Source: a virus. From it: a DNA stretch of 64,000 nucleotides. The translations under genes and the position numbers were made by a program. The stretch is taken from IMG/VR virus record IMGVR_UViG_3300025137_005412, positions 32,001 through 96,000 of that record; one strand, written 5' to 3'. Below the pieces are notes generated by a model. That model was given only the letters and a program-made list of their open reading frames with translations, was not told where the DNA came from and searched no databases. Positions 1-9,968 of this stretch are shown in pieces. Positions within the stretch are counted from its first letter, which is position 1. Every line of letters starts with the position of its first letter.

Positions 1-884
1 ATTTCAAATCAAACTTAGCTTTACTTATGGCTTCTGCATATCTTAGAAAATATGAAGATGCTGTATGTCTATTATATGATACAGAATTCGGTATCACACC
101 TGAATATCTTCAAAGTATGAATGTAGATCCTAAAAGATGTATGCATACACCAATAGAACATGTAGAACAACTTAAGTTTGATATTACAAAACAATTAGAA
201 CAAATTGACAAAGGCGATAAGGTCATTATACTTATTGATTCAGTTGGTAATTTAGCTTCAAAGAAAGAACTTGAAGATGCACTTGATGGTAAGTCAGTTG
301 CTGATATGTCAAGAGCTAAAGCAATTAAATCTTTATTTAGAATAATTACACCTTACCTAACAACAAGAGATATACCATTAGTTGCGGTAAATCATACATA
401 TAAAGAGATTGGCATGTTCCCTAAAGACATTATGTCTGGTGGTTCAGGTATTTACTACTCAGCCAATCAAATATTATTTATGGGTAGGCAACAAGAAAAA
501 GATGGTACAGAAATCTCAGGTTATAACTTTATGATGGGTGTTGAAAAATCTAGATTTGTAAGAGAAAAAACAAGACTTCCATTATCAATATCATGGGAAG
601 GTGGCATTAACAAATGGTCAGGCCTTCTTGATATCGGACTAGAACTTGGATGGATTACTAAACCATCTGTTGGTTGGTTCGAAGGTACTAATCCTAATAC
701 AGGTGAAGTATTTTTAAAGAAAAGACGAGCAGAAACTAATTCATCAGAGTATTGGCTACCATTACTTAAGTCTGGTTTTAGTGATGCTATTGAAAAAAGA
801 TATGCAATTGGTTCTATTCAATCAGTAGTGGAGGAAAATGTCGAAGTTGTCGAAGAAGATTCAACCGTTGATAACGATCAATGA
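1..884 (+). CDS. uvsX: UvsX RecA-like recombinase (5'-truncated by window edge)
   Basis: Frame open from nt 3 (FKSNLALLM, end of Walker A region); YDTEFG, IDSVGNLASKKE, VADMSRAK and SGGSGIYYSA motifs; upstream of the 40/41 genes as in T4. Confidence 0.95.
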   Translation, partial: FKSNLALLMASAYLRKYEDAVCLLYDTEFGITPEYLQSMNVDPKRCMHTPIEHVEQLKFDITKQLEQIDKGDKVIILIDSVGNLASKKELEDALDGKSVADMSRAKAIKSLFRIITPYLTTRDIPLVAVNHTYKEIGMFPKDIMSGGSGIYYSANQILFMGRQQEKDGTEISGYNFMMGVEKSRFVREKTRLPLSISWEGGINKWSGLLDIGLELGWITKPSVGWFEGTNPNTGEVFLKKRRAETNSSEYWLPLLKSGFSDAIEKRYAIGSIQSVVEENVEVVEEDSTVDNDQ

Positions 885-1641
885 TCAGCCGTATCTTCAT
901 ATAGATCTATTAGATAATAATACTGCAAGTGAAATTCATCAAGAAGTAGTATGGGGTATGTCAATGACTGACAATACTATATTTAGTGTTGGTGATGACT
1001 ATAGTCGTGGTGATGCATATACCAAATATTTTGATTCAGATTTTTTAGATGTAAAATATGCTAGGCAGGCATTATCAGAAGATGAAGAACAAAGAATCAA
1101 GTCATTACCAGTTGATGATTTTAAAAAGCAAAAGATTATGGAAAGGTATCTTAAGTTCTCTAAAGGTGCTTATTACCCATGGAGAGATGTATATCCAATC
1201 ATGTGGTCTCAATGGAATGAACAAGAACATATTCATGGTAAGTATATTCCAGATGAAGCAAAGAAATTATTTCCTGGTACAATTAAATGGATATGGTCAA
1301 AGCTACCATTTAAGCAAATTGGTAGAGTGAATATATTTGGTGTAGATAGTTCTCAACATATTACGGTACATAGAGATAATAATCCATTTGTAATGGGTAG
1401 TGATCATCATTCAATTATGTTAAGTCCAGCAAAAAACAAAAGGAGTTTTATATACGACCAAGAAAATGATAAGAAACATTATGTAGATAGCAACTGTTAT
1501 GTATTTCATGATCTTAATTATCATGGTGTTGATCCTAATCCACAATGGACATACACTATTAGAGTAGATGGAATATTTACAGACACATTTTTAAACAACT
1601 TAGAATATAGGAGGCCATGGAATGTCAAAAAACAATCCTAA
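838..1641 (+). CDS. Putative 2OG-Fe(II) oxygenase (Asp/Asn beta-hydroxylase-like)
   Basis: HRD...YHGV...TIRVDG: HxD..H facial triad plus Arg. Confidence 0.55.
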   Translation: MSKLSKKIQPLITINDQPYLHIDLLDNNTASEIHQEVVWGMSMTDNTIFSVGDDYSRGDAYTKYFDSDFLDVKYARQALSEDEEQRIKSLPVDDFKKQKIMERYLKFSKGAYYPWRDVYPIMWSQWNEQEHIHGKYIPDEAKKLFPGTIKWIWSKLPFKQIGRVNIFGVDSSQHITVHRDNNPFVMGSDHHSIMLSPAKNKRSFIYDQENDKKHYVDSNCYVFHDLNYHGVDPNPQWTYTIRVDGIFTDTFLNNLEYRRPWNVKKQS

Positions 1642-1903
1642 GAATTTTAAATCATATATAGACCCTGAAGGTGGTGAATGGATAGAAGTCACCGGTAAAG
1701 GTCATAAATATAATGGTGTTATATGGAGACCAGTAGATATGGATCTTAAAGAAGATAAGATTAAATTTCAAGTAGAGTTTCTCACTATCGAAGATGCTGA
1801 GAAATATGCTAAAGAATCAAAGTTTGAACAAATGGCATCTGATATTATAGCAGACATATTAAACGTGAAAAAGAATGATGCACCGAGTATAATTATTCCA
1901 TGA
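1622..1903 (+). CDS. Hypothetical protein, gp40-like by position
   Basis: Small ORF between uvsX and gene 41, where T4 has gene 40. Confidence 0.4.
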   Translation: MSKNNPKNFKSYIDPEGGEWIEVTGKGHKYNGVIWRPVDMDLKEDKIKFQVEFLTIEDAEKYAKESKFEQMASDIIADILNVKKNDAPSIIIP

Positions 1904-3270
1904 GTGTTGATTCAACAGAACTTAGAAAAGGTATCTTATACAATATGATGGTCAACGAAGACTATTGTAGAAAAGTTGCACCATTTCTTAAAGATGATTA
2001 TTTTACAGAAAAGCATGAGAAAGTTATTCTCGAAGAAGTTGTAAGATACTTTAATAAGAACAATGCATTACCTAGTTCTGCTGCACTTAAAATTGAAGTT
2101 GAATCAAGAACTGATTTGACTGAGCCAATTTATAACTCTATTCAAGATTTTCTAAATAAAGATATACAGCCAATTAATAAAACTGATTGGTTAGTTGATA
2201 AAACAGAAATGTGGTGTCAAGAGCGTGCAATAGTAAATGCAGTATATAAAGCTGTTAATGTTATTGGTGGTGATGATAAGAAAACTCCAATGACAGCATT
2301 ACCTGAATTATTACATGATGCTATTGGTACTTCATTTGATAAATCTGTAGGTCATGATTATACAGAACAAGTTGAAGAAAGATGGGATTACTATAATAAG
2401 AAAGAAAACAAATTAGAAACTGGTCTTGAACATTTAGATTATATCTTACGTGGTGGTATTCCTGAAAAAACACTTGGTGTTATTATGGCTGGTACTGGTG
2501 TAGGTAAATCTTTATTTATGTGTTCAGTATCATCAAGTTTACTTGAACGTGGTAAAAATATTCTTTATATTACTATGGAAATGGCAGAAGAAAAGATTGC
2601 ACAAAGAATTGATCAGAATTTACTTGACATGACTCAAGAAGAATTAGATTCTGTTGGTAAAGATAACTTCTTAAAAAGATTCCAAACATTAAGAACAAAA
2701 ACACAAGGTAGATTAGTTGTAAAAGAATATCCTACTGGTATGGCTACTGCAGCACACTTCAGATCTTTACTTAAAGAACTTGATATGAAGAAAACATTTG
2801 TACCTGATTTAATATGTATTGATTATCTTAATATTTGTAATTCTCTTAGTATAGGTAAAAATGCAAACAGCTATGAAAAGATAAAAGCTATTGCTGAAGA
2901 ACTTCGTGCATTAGCTATGGAATACAATGTTCCTGTATTAACTGCTACACAAACAAATAGACAAGGCATGAATGATGCTGATGTTGGTATGACTGATGTT
3001 TCAGAATCATTTGGTTTACCTATGACAGCGGATTACTTCTTTGCTATGACTACAAATGATCAACTTAGAAATGATATGATGATTAGATTCAGTCAACTTA
3101 AGAATCGTTATGGTGATCCAGCAGATAGAAAAAACTGGCTACTCGGTGTTGATTATGAACATATGAAAGTCACTGATATAAAAGATCAACCTACACATAT
3201 AGAAGCACAAAATCATGCAGCCAAAAATCCACAAACTGCTCAGCCTACCCTCAATATTGATTGGACCTAA
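1900..3270 (+). CDS. 41: Replicative DNA helicase gp41 (DnaB-like)
   Basis: Walker A AGTGVGKS, YITMEMAEEKI, IDYLNI, TATQTNR, SESFGLPMTAD, QLKNRYGD. Confidence 0.96.
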   Translation: MSVDSTELRKGILYNMMVNEDYCRKVAPFLKDDYFTEKHEKVILEEVVRYFNKNNALPSSAALKIEVESRTDLTEPIYNSIQDFLNKDIQPINKTDWLVDKTEMWCQERAIVNAVYKAVNVIGGDDKKTPMTALPELLHDAIGTSFDKSVGHDYTEQVEERWDYYNKKENKLETGLEHLDYILRGGIPEKTLGVIMAGTGVGKSLFMCSVSSSLLERGKNILYITMEMAEEKIAQRIDQNLLDMTQEELDSVGKDNFLKRFQTLRTKTQGRLVVKEYPTGMATAAHFRSLLKELDMKKTFVPDLICIDYLNICNSLSIGKNANSYEKIKAIAEELRALAMEYNVPVLTATQTNRQGMNDADVGMTDVSESFGLPMTADYFFAMTTNDQLRNDMMIRFSQLKNRYGDPADRKNWLLGVDYEHMKVTDIKDQPTHIEAQNHAAKNPQTAQPTLNIDWT

Positions 3271-3337
3271 ACCATTCTCTTAGAGTATAAAAAATATACT
3301 CAGAACTAGTATAATATTAATAGCAAAAGGAGATAAT

Positions 3338-4186
3338 ATGATTTTATTAGATTTTAGTTCAATAGCCATGTCAGCCATGTTCCCACGTATCGAGGAGTTT
3401 GATGAGGAAAAAGAACTTATAAGACACACGATGATTAACATTATTCGTAAGTATAATGTAGAACATAGAGATGAATATGGTGAAACAATAGTATGTATGG
3501 ATGCTGCTAATTCATGGCGTAGACAATACTTTACACCATATAAAGCTAATCGTAGAAAGAATAGAAGTAATAGTATACACGATTGGGATGGTATCTTTAA
3601 GATGATCAATCAGGTACGTGATGATATTATACAGTATAGTCCATTTAAATGTGTATGGGTAGACACATGTGAAGCAGATGATGCTATAGGAACTATTGTA
3701 GAAAAGAATAATACACCTCAGCCAGTACTTATTGTATCTCCTGATGGTGATTTCAAACAATTACAGAAATATCCTAATGTAAAACAATGGTCAAATATAC
3801 AGAAAAAATGGGTAAAATCAGATAATCCTGAAGAAGAACTATTTGAAAAGATATGTAGAGGTGACACTGGTGATGGTGTTCCTAATGTATTATCTGATGA
3901 TGAAGTACTTATTACTGAAGGTGCAAGACAAACACCTGTCACAAAGAAACAAATGACAATGTTAAAAGGTGATCCATTAGAATGGCCACTACAAGTACAA
4001 CGTAGATTTATTAGAAATAAACAACTTATTGATCTAACTCAGACTCCAGAGCTGAAAAAAGATGAAATCATGAAGCAATATAATGGTGATACGCGTGGTT
4101 CTATACAGAAATGGATGAGTTATCTCATGAAACACCAAATGAAGCTTCATTTAGAGTCATTGACTGATTTCGAAGTTCGAAAATAA
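3338..4186 (+). CDS. rnh: RNase H / 5'-3' exonuclease (T4 rnh family)
   Basis: SWRR..F..YKANR, EADD, SPDGDFKQLQ, GDTGDGVPN. Confidence 0.93.
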   Translation: MILLDFSSIAMSAMFPRIEEFDEEKELIRHTMINIIRKYNVEHRDEYGETIVCMDAANSWRRQYFTPYKANRRKNRSNSIHDWDGIFKMINQVRDDIIQYSPFKCVWVDTCEADDAIGTIVEKNNTPQPVLIVSPDGDFKQLQKYPNVKQWSNIQKKWVKSDNPEEELFEKICRGDTGDGVPNVLSDDEVLITEGARQTPVTKKQMTMLKGDPLEWPLQVQRRFIRNKQLIDLTQTPELKKDEIMKQYNGDTRGSIQKWMSYLMKHQMKLHLESLTDFEVRK

Positions 4187-4192
4187 TAAATA
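4185..4192 (+). promoter_or_regulatory. T4-type late promoter (AATAAATA)
   Basis: NATAAATA variant of the gp55 consensus ahead of the RBS AAGGAG and ORF 4231. Confidence 0.6.
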
Positions 4193-4230
4193 CTATGTCG
4201 ACAATTTAACATTATTTAAGGAGACTCCAA

Positions 4231-4881
4231 ATGGCATATAAAGGTTATAGAAAACCAATCGTATTTCGAGGTACAGATTCAGAGACATCTCTGCAATATG
4301 TAGGTTCGGTAGATACGACTACCACTGGAACTACTGATTCTGACGATAATACACTTGCTACGGTCGGCGGATTTGGAGTCACTCATGCAGTCACTTCTAG
4401 AAAAGCATCCGGTAATACTGTAGCAACTGCCGATTCCGATGGAAACAAAGGAACAGTCAAATCATTAGAGATATTGGAAGCGCTGCCAGGTTGGTACATG
4501 AAAGGTGATTCATCAAAAGGAAATACAGCAATACTGGATTCCGATGCTGAAGGCAACTTTGGTACAGACCTAGGTACTTCTACTGATGTTCAGGTTGAAA
4601 ATGGTATATACACATTAAGTTTCGCTACTAGAGATTCAGACTGTGGTGTAGGTGACTACATCGTAGCTGTTCAAGGTGGTGGAGTTTACTATGAAGGCTA
4701 TGTCACTGGCAAAACAACAGGAAACAATGATATCCAGATTCGTCCGGTATCAGGAAACTGGAAAGGTTTTGACGGTACAGCAGCTTGGAAATATACCACT
4801 TCAAACAAACAGCATAAAGGTCAAGATATCGAATTTGCTGGAACAGTAGTAGATGCACCAACAGCTAAATTCAAAATTTAG
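4231..4881 (+). CDS. Thr/Gly-rich hypothetical protein, probably virion structural
   Basis: Late promoter, strong RBS, T/G/D/S-rich with four DSD motifs, downstream hairpin. Confidence 0.5.
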   Translation: MAYKGYRKPIVFRGTDSETSLQYVGSVDTTTTGTTDSDDNTLATVGGFGVTHAVTSRKASGNTVATADSDGNKGTVKSLEILEALPGWYMKGDSSKGNTAILDSDAEGNFGTDLGTSTDVQVENGIYTLSFATRDSDCGVGDYIVAVQGGGVYYEGYVTGKTTGNNDIQIRPVSGNWKGFDGTAAWKYTTSNKQHKGQDIEFAGTVVDAPTAKFKI

Positions 4882-4893
4882 AGGTAGTTAATT

Positions 4894-5430
4894 ATGGCAA
4901 CAGCGGTTATTACATGGGGCAGAATGAACCCACCAACCGCTGGTCATGAAAAACTGGTAAACAAATTAAGAAAGGCTTCTCGCTTTCACGGTGGGAAGCC
5001 TTTCGTGTTTCTAACGAAGACATTCAAAAAACCAAAAGACCCACTTCCATATAGAGATAAAGTCAAGCTTGCAAAGAAAGCATTTGGTAATATTGTAAAA
5101 GATCATAAAGGTAAAACACTTATTGATCTTATGAAAGAACTAGAAAAGAAGTATGATGACCTATATGTAGTTGTAGGCTCTGATAGAGTAAGTGAATTCG
5201 AAACACTCTTAAACAAATATAATGGAAAAGATTATACATTTTCTAGTATAACTATATTATCTGCAGGAGAAAGAGACCCTGATGCAGAAGGTGTTTCTGG
5301 TATATCTGCAAGTAAGATGAGAAAATTTGCAGCTGATGATGATTATGATTCATTTGCTAAAGGTTTACCATCATTAATAAGAGGATCAACTGCTAAAAAA
5401 GCATTTGATTTAGTAAGAAAAAATTTATAA
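4894..5430 (+). CDS. Cytidylyltransferase-like (HxGH) nucleotidyltransferase
   Basis: WGRMNPPTAGH, VVGSDR, SAGERDPD, SASKMR; family common in T4-like marine phages. Confidence 0.85.
   Translation: MATAVITWGRMNPPTAGHEKLVNKLRKASRFHGGKPFVFLTKTFKKPKDPLPYRDKVKLAKKAFGNIVKDHKGKTLIDLMKELEKKYDDLYVVVGSDRVSEFETLLNKYNGKDYTFSSITILSAGERDPDAEGVSGISASKMRKFAADDDYDSFAKGLPSLIRGSTAKKAFDLVRKNL
4970..5010 (+). terminator. Terminator/attenuator-like hairpin inside a CDS
   Basis: GAAAGGCTTCTCGC (4970-4983) pairs with GTGGGAAGCCTTTC (4991-5004), followed by GTGTTT. Confidence 0.5.
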
Positions 5431-5445
5431 AAAAAAGGTTATATT

Positions 5446-6030
5446 ATGACTATAAAAACTCAAGACATGCAAGTCTTTGAAATCTTAAATGAACTAGATG
5501 CTTGCACAACAAAACAACGTAAAGTTGATCTCATAAACACTAAGTATAATTCACATACTCCATTACAATATATTCTGAGATGGAACTATGATGATAGCAT
5601 TAAATCAATGATGCCTGAAGGTGAACCACCATTTGATAAAGAAAGAAAAGATGGATCATCTCCACAATCATTATGGACATACTTAAAGATGTTTCCTAAT
5701 TTTGTTGAGTCAGCTCAATCTAAACAACTACCTGAATTGAAAAGAGAAAATCTATTCATTGAAATGCTTGATGCCTTGGATGTAGAAGAATCCGTAACGG
5801 TATGTCTTGCTAAAGACGGTAAGCTTGAGGATAAGTATAATATATCTTTAGATGTAGTAAATGCTGCATACCCTGATATTGGTTTAGTATCAGAACCCCT
5901 ACCTGAACCAACTCCAAAAGAACAAAAAGATGACCTTTTATCGCAAGCAAAGGCAGTAAAGGAACAAGTAAAAGAATTAAATAGTTTAGCAAAAGAGCTA
6001 ACTGATAAAGCAAAAGCGATAACGGAGTAA
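5446..6030 (+). CDS. Conserved hypothetical protein of T4-like phages
   Basis: PEGEPPF and KRENLFIEML motifs typical of a conserved T4-like family. Confidence 0.55.
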   Translation: MTIKTQDMQVFEILNELDACTTKQRKVDLINTKYNSHTPLQYILRWNYDDSIKSMMPEGEPPFDKERKDGSSPQSLWTYLKMFPNFVESAQSKQLPELKRENLFIEMLDALDVEESVTVCLAKDGKLEDKYNISLDVVNAAYPDIGLVSEPLPEPTPKEQKDDLLSQAKAVKEQVKELNSLAKELTDKAKAITE

Positions 6031-6033
6031 AAT

Positions 6034-6546
6034 ATGGCATTATTAGAATGCGTGAAATTTGGTCACGATATAGGCCAATTAAAGCCTGCAATAAATGAAG
6101 TAGGTTTTGATATACATTATAACAAAATCTACATGAAGTTAGTGGAAGATTTTAATAAAGGTATTGGCGATTTTGCTTTTAACAAAGCCGGAGCACACCT
6201 TCACGGGTTGTACTTCGAAAATTTAAGGGAACGAAGAGAAAACAATATCCCTATTGGAAAAGCGGAACATATCATTACACAAAGGTATGGGAATTTTGAT
6301 AATTTTAAGAAGCAAGTTCAAGAACAAGCTTCGAGATTACAAGGTTCTGGTTGGGTATTTATGAACATGCAAGGTTATGTGAATATTATACCTAATTATA
6401 GAATTGTAGATAATGTTGGAATGATTATAAACTGTTGGGAACATGCTTACGCATATACTTTCGGTCATGATCGAGCAGCATTTGTTGATTCTATATTTGA
6501 TATTATTGATTGGGATAAAGTTAACTCACGTTTGAATGGTGAGTAA
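6034..6546 (+). CDS. Fe/Mn superoxide dismutase-like protein (degenerate)
   Basis: IHY, HLHGLYFENL, QGSGWVF, NCWEHAY in place of DxWEHAY. Confidence 0.8.
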   Translation: MALLECVKFGHDIGQLKPAINEVGFDIHYNKIYMKLVEDFNKGIGDFAFNKAGAHLHGLYFENLRERRENNIPIGKAEHIITQRYGNFDNFKKQVQEQASRLQGSGWVFMNMQGYVNIIPNYRIVDNVGMIINCWEHAYAYTFGHDRAAFVDSIFDIIDWDKVNSRLNGE

Positions 6547-7605
6547 ATGTGTGTTGTTGCTGCAAAGCACTTCAAAGGACATGGTTGGATTTTAGTAAAA
6601 AATCGTGACCGTAATTATCCTACTGAGGTAAAATTAGTTCAATCAAAACGTTCAGGCATTGAACGCTTATTCCTACGTGATACAACTACGGGTTATAGTG
6701 AAGGTCTAAATGAAACAGGCTTATCAATAGTATCTGCTTCAGTGATGGTTAAAAAAGATGAGAAAGAAGGTGGTGGTAGAGCATCTGATTCTCAAAACTG
6801 GACATCACCTGATGGACAAAGAATAAGAAGAGCACTATATCAAAAGACTGTAAAAGGTGCAGTCAAATCATTATTAGATTCACAGATTCCTGGAAACACT
6901 ATTATTTCTGATGGTAAAGAATGCTATCTTATTGAAGCTGCATTTACTAATTACGAAAAACCTGATCAAAAATATCACAGCATAGTTAAAAAGATTCAAC
7001 CAAAAGATATTTGTGTAAGAACAAATCATGGTATAGCATTACCATGGACAGGTTATGATATAAAAGACCCTGAACAAAAACCTGATAGGTTATCTTCAGA
7101 AAGCAGATTGAAAATAGCAACTGCAGAAATTAAAAAAGCTAAGGATCCACAAGCATTATTGAACGCCTTAGGTGTAGCACCTGAAAAAGACCCACAAATG
7201 AATCCTATAAGAATCAATAAAGGTAAAGGTGTTATGAGAACTACAGGTCAAATCATGTTAAATCCATTAGAAAGAGTATTTACATATAGACCTACAATGT
7301 CAGAAGTAGAATTAAGCAACTACAATAAGATCAATGCAGAAACATCTAAGACTTTCTTTGAGATCATATCAAACAGAGAACTAATTAGCTTTGGTTCTTT
7401 TAGTGAAGGTACAGAATCATGGGAAGCAGGATATAAAAGACGTGTAGTAAAGACTACTAAAGCAGAGCATAAAGACAAAGGTCTTATGTGGAGAATTAAA
7501 GGTAAAGACAGACCAGAAATTAGTATCAAACTATATAAAGACAAACCATCTTTTGCAGAATTCAAAAAACAAATGAAAAGAGTGGCTGGACATGAATTTG
7601 GCTAG
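6547..7605 (+). CDS. Ntn-hydrolase-like protein with basic C-terminal domain
   Basis: Cys2 nucleophile (MCVV), KNRDR, EGLNETG, RTNHG. Confidence 0.55.
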   Translation: MCVVAAKHFKGHGWILVKNRDRNYPTEVKLVQSKRSGIERLFLRDTTTGYSEGLNETGLSIVSASVMVKKDEKEGGGRASDSQNWTSPDGQRIRRALYQKTVKGAVKSLLDSQIPGNTIISDGKECYLIEAAFTNYEKPDQKYHSIVKKIQPKDICVRTNHGIALPWTGYDIKDPEQKPDRLSSESRLKIATAEIKKAKDPQALLNALGVAPEKDPQMNPIRINKGKGVMRTTGQIMLNPLERVFTYRPTMSEVELSNYNKINAETSKTFFEIISNRELISFGSFSEGTESWEAGYKRRVVKTTKAEHKDKGLMWRIKGKDRPEISIKLYKDKPSFAEFKKQMKRVAGHEFG

Positions 7606-8812
7606 TTTCTTATCTGAAGCTGCTGACAGCTCACAGAATCTACATCTTACACATGTAGATGAAGACCTATTTGAAAGAGGAGATGAAGGTGCTAAGGCAT
7701 CTATTGAATCTTGTAGAAATGTATTGGATGGCATTGGTACGGGTGAGACAGCACTTACAATCAAATGGGATGGTGCACCTGCTATATTTGCTGGTGTAGA
7801 TCCTGCTGATGGTAAATTCTTTGTATCAACAAAATCAGCATTCAACAAAACACCAATACTATATAAGAGTGCATCTGATAAGAAAAAATTTAAAACAGGT
7901 GATAAGCTTGCAATTGCTCATAAAGAGTTTCAAAAGATTGGTATACCATCAGGAGTTGTATTACAAGGTGACCTTATGTTTACTAAAGGTGATCAGAAAT
8001 ATGAGACTATTGATGATAAAAGATACATAACAGCTCATCCGAATACTATTGTTTATGCTTGGGATGCTGAAAGTGATGTAGGTAAACAAATAAGAAATGC
8101 AAACATAGGTGTTGTTTGGCATACTACATATTCAGGTAAAGACTTACAAAGTATGAAAGCAAGATTCGGAGTAAACGTAAATAAATTAAAAAGCTCACGT
8201 TCTATATGGATGGATGATGCATATTTTAAAGGTGCTAATGTTGCCTTTACTGATGCTGAGAAAATTAAAGTAGAAAAAATCTTATCATCAGCAGAAAGTA
8301 AAATTGGCAAGTTTGATAAGCTTAAAGAAATAATGGCAATGATACCATCAGCTGCTGTTGGTGCTGGAATAAAAACATTTATAAACTCTAATATTAGAAA
8401 AGGTCAATTGCCTACAGCAAGAAAAAATCCAGTAAAAGATTATATTGAATATGTAGATACATATTACGAAGATAAGATTATCAGTAAGTTAAAGACAGAT
8501 AAAGCTATAGACTCTAAGAGAGCTGCAAAGAGACAATTAAGATCTGATCTTGGTAAGAATGCTGCTATTTTAAAAGCTGCATTTGAATATGTAGATCTCA
8601 TTACTCAAGCTAAAGTACAAATAATTAAAAAACTAGTATCGTTGGATAAACAAAAGCAATTTGTTAAAACAAGTAGTGGTTTTAAAGTGACTAATCCAGA
8701 AGGTTATGTAGCTATAAATTCTAAAAAAGGTGAAGCTGTTAAATTTGTAGACAGATTAGAATTTAGCTATAATAATTTTTCTGACAGTGTAATCAAAGGA
8801 TGGCAAAAATGA
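7592..8812 (+). CDS. Ligase-like nucleotidyltransferase (DUF6267-like conserved phage protein)
   Basis: TIKWDG (KxDG motif I), LQGDL, PEGYV, VKFVDR. Confidence 0.65.
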   Translation: MNLASFLSEAADSSQNLHLTHVDEDLFERGDEGAKASIESCRNVLDGIGTGETALTIKWDGAPAIFAGVDPADGKFFVSTKSAFNKTPILYKSASDKKKFKTGDKLAIAHKEFQKIGIPSGVVLQGDLMFTKGDQKYETIDDKRYITAHPNTIVYAWDAESDVGKQIRNANIGVVWHTTYSGKDLQSMKARFGVNVNKLKSSRSIWMDDAYFKGANVAFTDAEKIKVEKILSSAESKIGKFDKLKEIMAMIPSAAVGAGIKTFINSNIRKGQLPTARKNPVKDYIEYVDTYYEDKIISKLKTDKAIDSKRAAKRQLRSDLGKNAAILKAAFEYVDLITQAKVQIIKKLVSLDKQKQFVKTSSGFKVTNPEGYVAINSKKGEAVKFVDRLEFSYNNFSDSVIKGWQK

Positions 8813-9045
8813 AAACTATTGTAGTAATAACTGCTTTGTTATGGTATGCAAATAATCCTGTCCAAATGCAAACAGACTGGCCAGGTGGTGAATTTGAAAC
8901 GTTATATGAATGTAGAGAGTTTCTGCACTCTAATAAAGTAATGCTTACATTAGGCTTATTTGAAAAGCACATAGAAGATGAAGAAGGTAATCATCTGTTA
9001 AGTTGGGAGTACTTCTGCGAATCTAGATCTTTTACTGATACATAG
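8809..9045 (+). CDS. Hypothetical protein with N-terminal hydrophobic segment
   Basis: ATGA overlap with upstream stop; signal-like N-terminus. Confidence 0.5.
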   Translation: MKTIVVITALLWYANNPVQMQTDWPGGEFETLYECREFLHSNKVMLTLGLFEKHIEDEEGNHLLSWEYFCESRSFTDT

Positions 9046-9059
9046 GAATTAAATATAGT

Positions 9060-9968
9060 ATGAGTATATTAGATGGCCTTACAAAAGAATACATCATGGA
9101 AAATAGCTCCTTATTAGGAGATTATAAACATGTGATACACAACCTTGATATTCCATTATTTTTCAATCCAGCCAATACAGATCCTATTAACTTTGGTTTG
9201 GCTTTTGATCTAGTGGTAGCTGGTTGGATTAATTCATTTCCAGCAGTAAGAGGTGTAAATGTCTTTCACCCTGTTCAAGAAGGAAAAACATTAATGAGAT
9301 TTGATGAAACCCAAGAAAACTTTGAGAATCAAAAATATATTAGATTTCCACCACATTCACCTATTAATTATGAACCCTATATACATGTCTCTGAAAATGG
9401 TATTGATTTTAAGTCAAAAGCTAAAGCCGCTAGAGGTGAAACAACTAAAGACACAGTAGATTTTGAATTAGAGAATGTTATGGTTGGATTTAATAATGAA
9501 ATAGTCAGAAGTCATGAACATTCAGGTGATGATAATAATGCACGTATATTTTTAGGTCCACAAAGATGTCTAGATACTAACTGGAGATTACCTGAAGCAT
9601 CATATAAACGCAGATTAGTAAAAGATAAAGATATATTTGATATAGGTTATCATTTTAGTTCTACTGATGGTGATAAACAAATGTCAGGTAGATATGAAGA
9701 AAAATGTTTTGCAGGTAAAAACACATTTAACTTTATGAATTGGCATAACAAATATCTTGGTTCGCCTAAACTTGATAAGGTTATAAGAAGAATGGCACAA
9801 TGTAAAGAATTCCATGGTACACTCGGAGGTTTATCCTTCTTAGCATTATCAATGAAGATACCTACAACAATACACACAAATCCAAGAATGACTTGGACAC
9901 CACAAAAGAAAGTTATGAAAACATTAGCACGTAGAAGTGGTGCAACATTTATGGAGGCAACAGCATAA
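9060..9968 (+). CDS. Hypothetical protein, GT-B (GT9-like) C-terminus
   Basis: EFHGTLGGLSFLALSMKIPT resembles the GT9 'G.DSG..HLA.AL..PT' segment; paralog of next ORF. Confidence 0.4.
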   Translation: MSILDGLTKEYIMENSSLLGDYKHVIHNLDIPLFFNPANTDPINFGLAFDLVVAGWINSFPAVRGVNVFHPVQEGKTLMRFDETQENFENQKYIRFPPHSPINYEPYIHVSENGIDFKSKAKAARGETTKDTVDFELENVMVGFNNEIVRSHEHSGDDNNARIFLGPQRCLDTNWRLPEASYKRRLVKDKDIFDIGYHFSSTDGDKQMSGRYEEKCFAGKNTFNFMNWHNKYLGSPKLDKVIRRMAQCKEFHGTLGGLSFLALSMKIPTTIHTNPRMTWTPQKKVMKTLARRSGATFMEATA

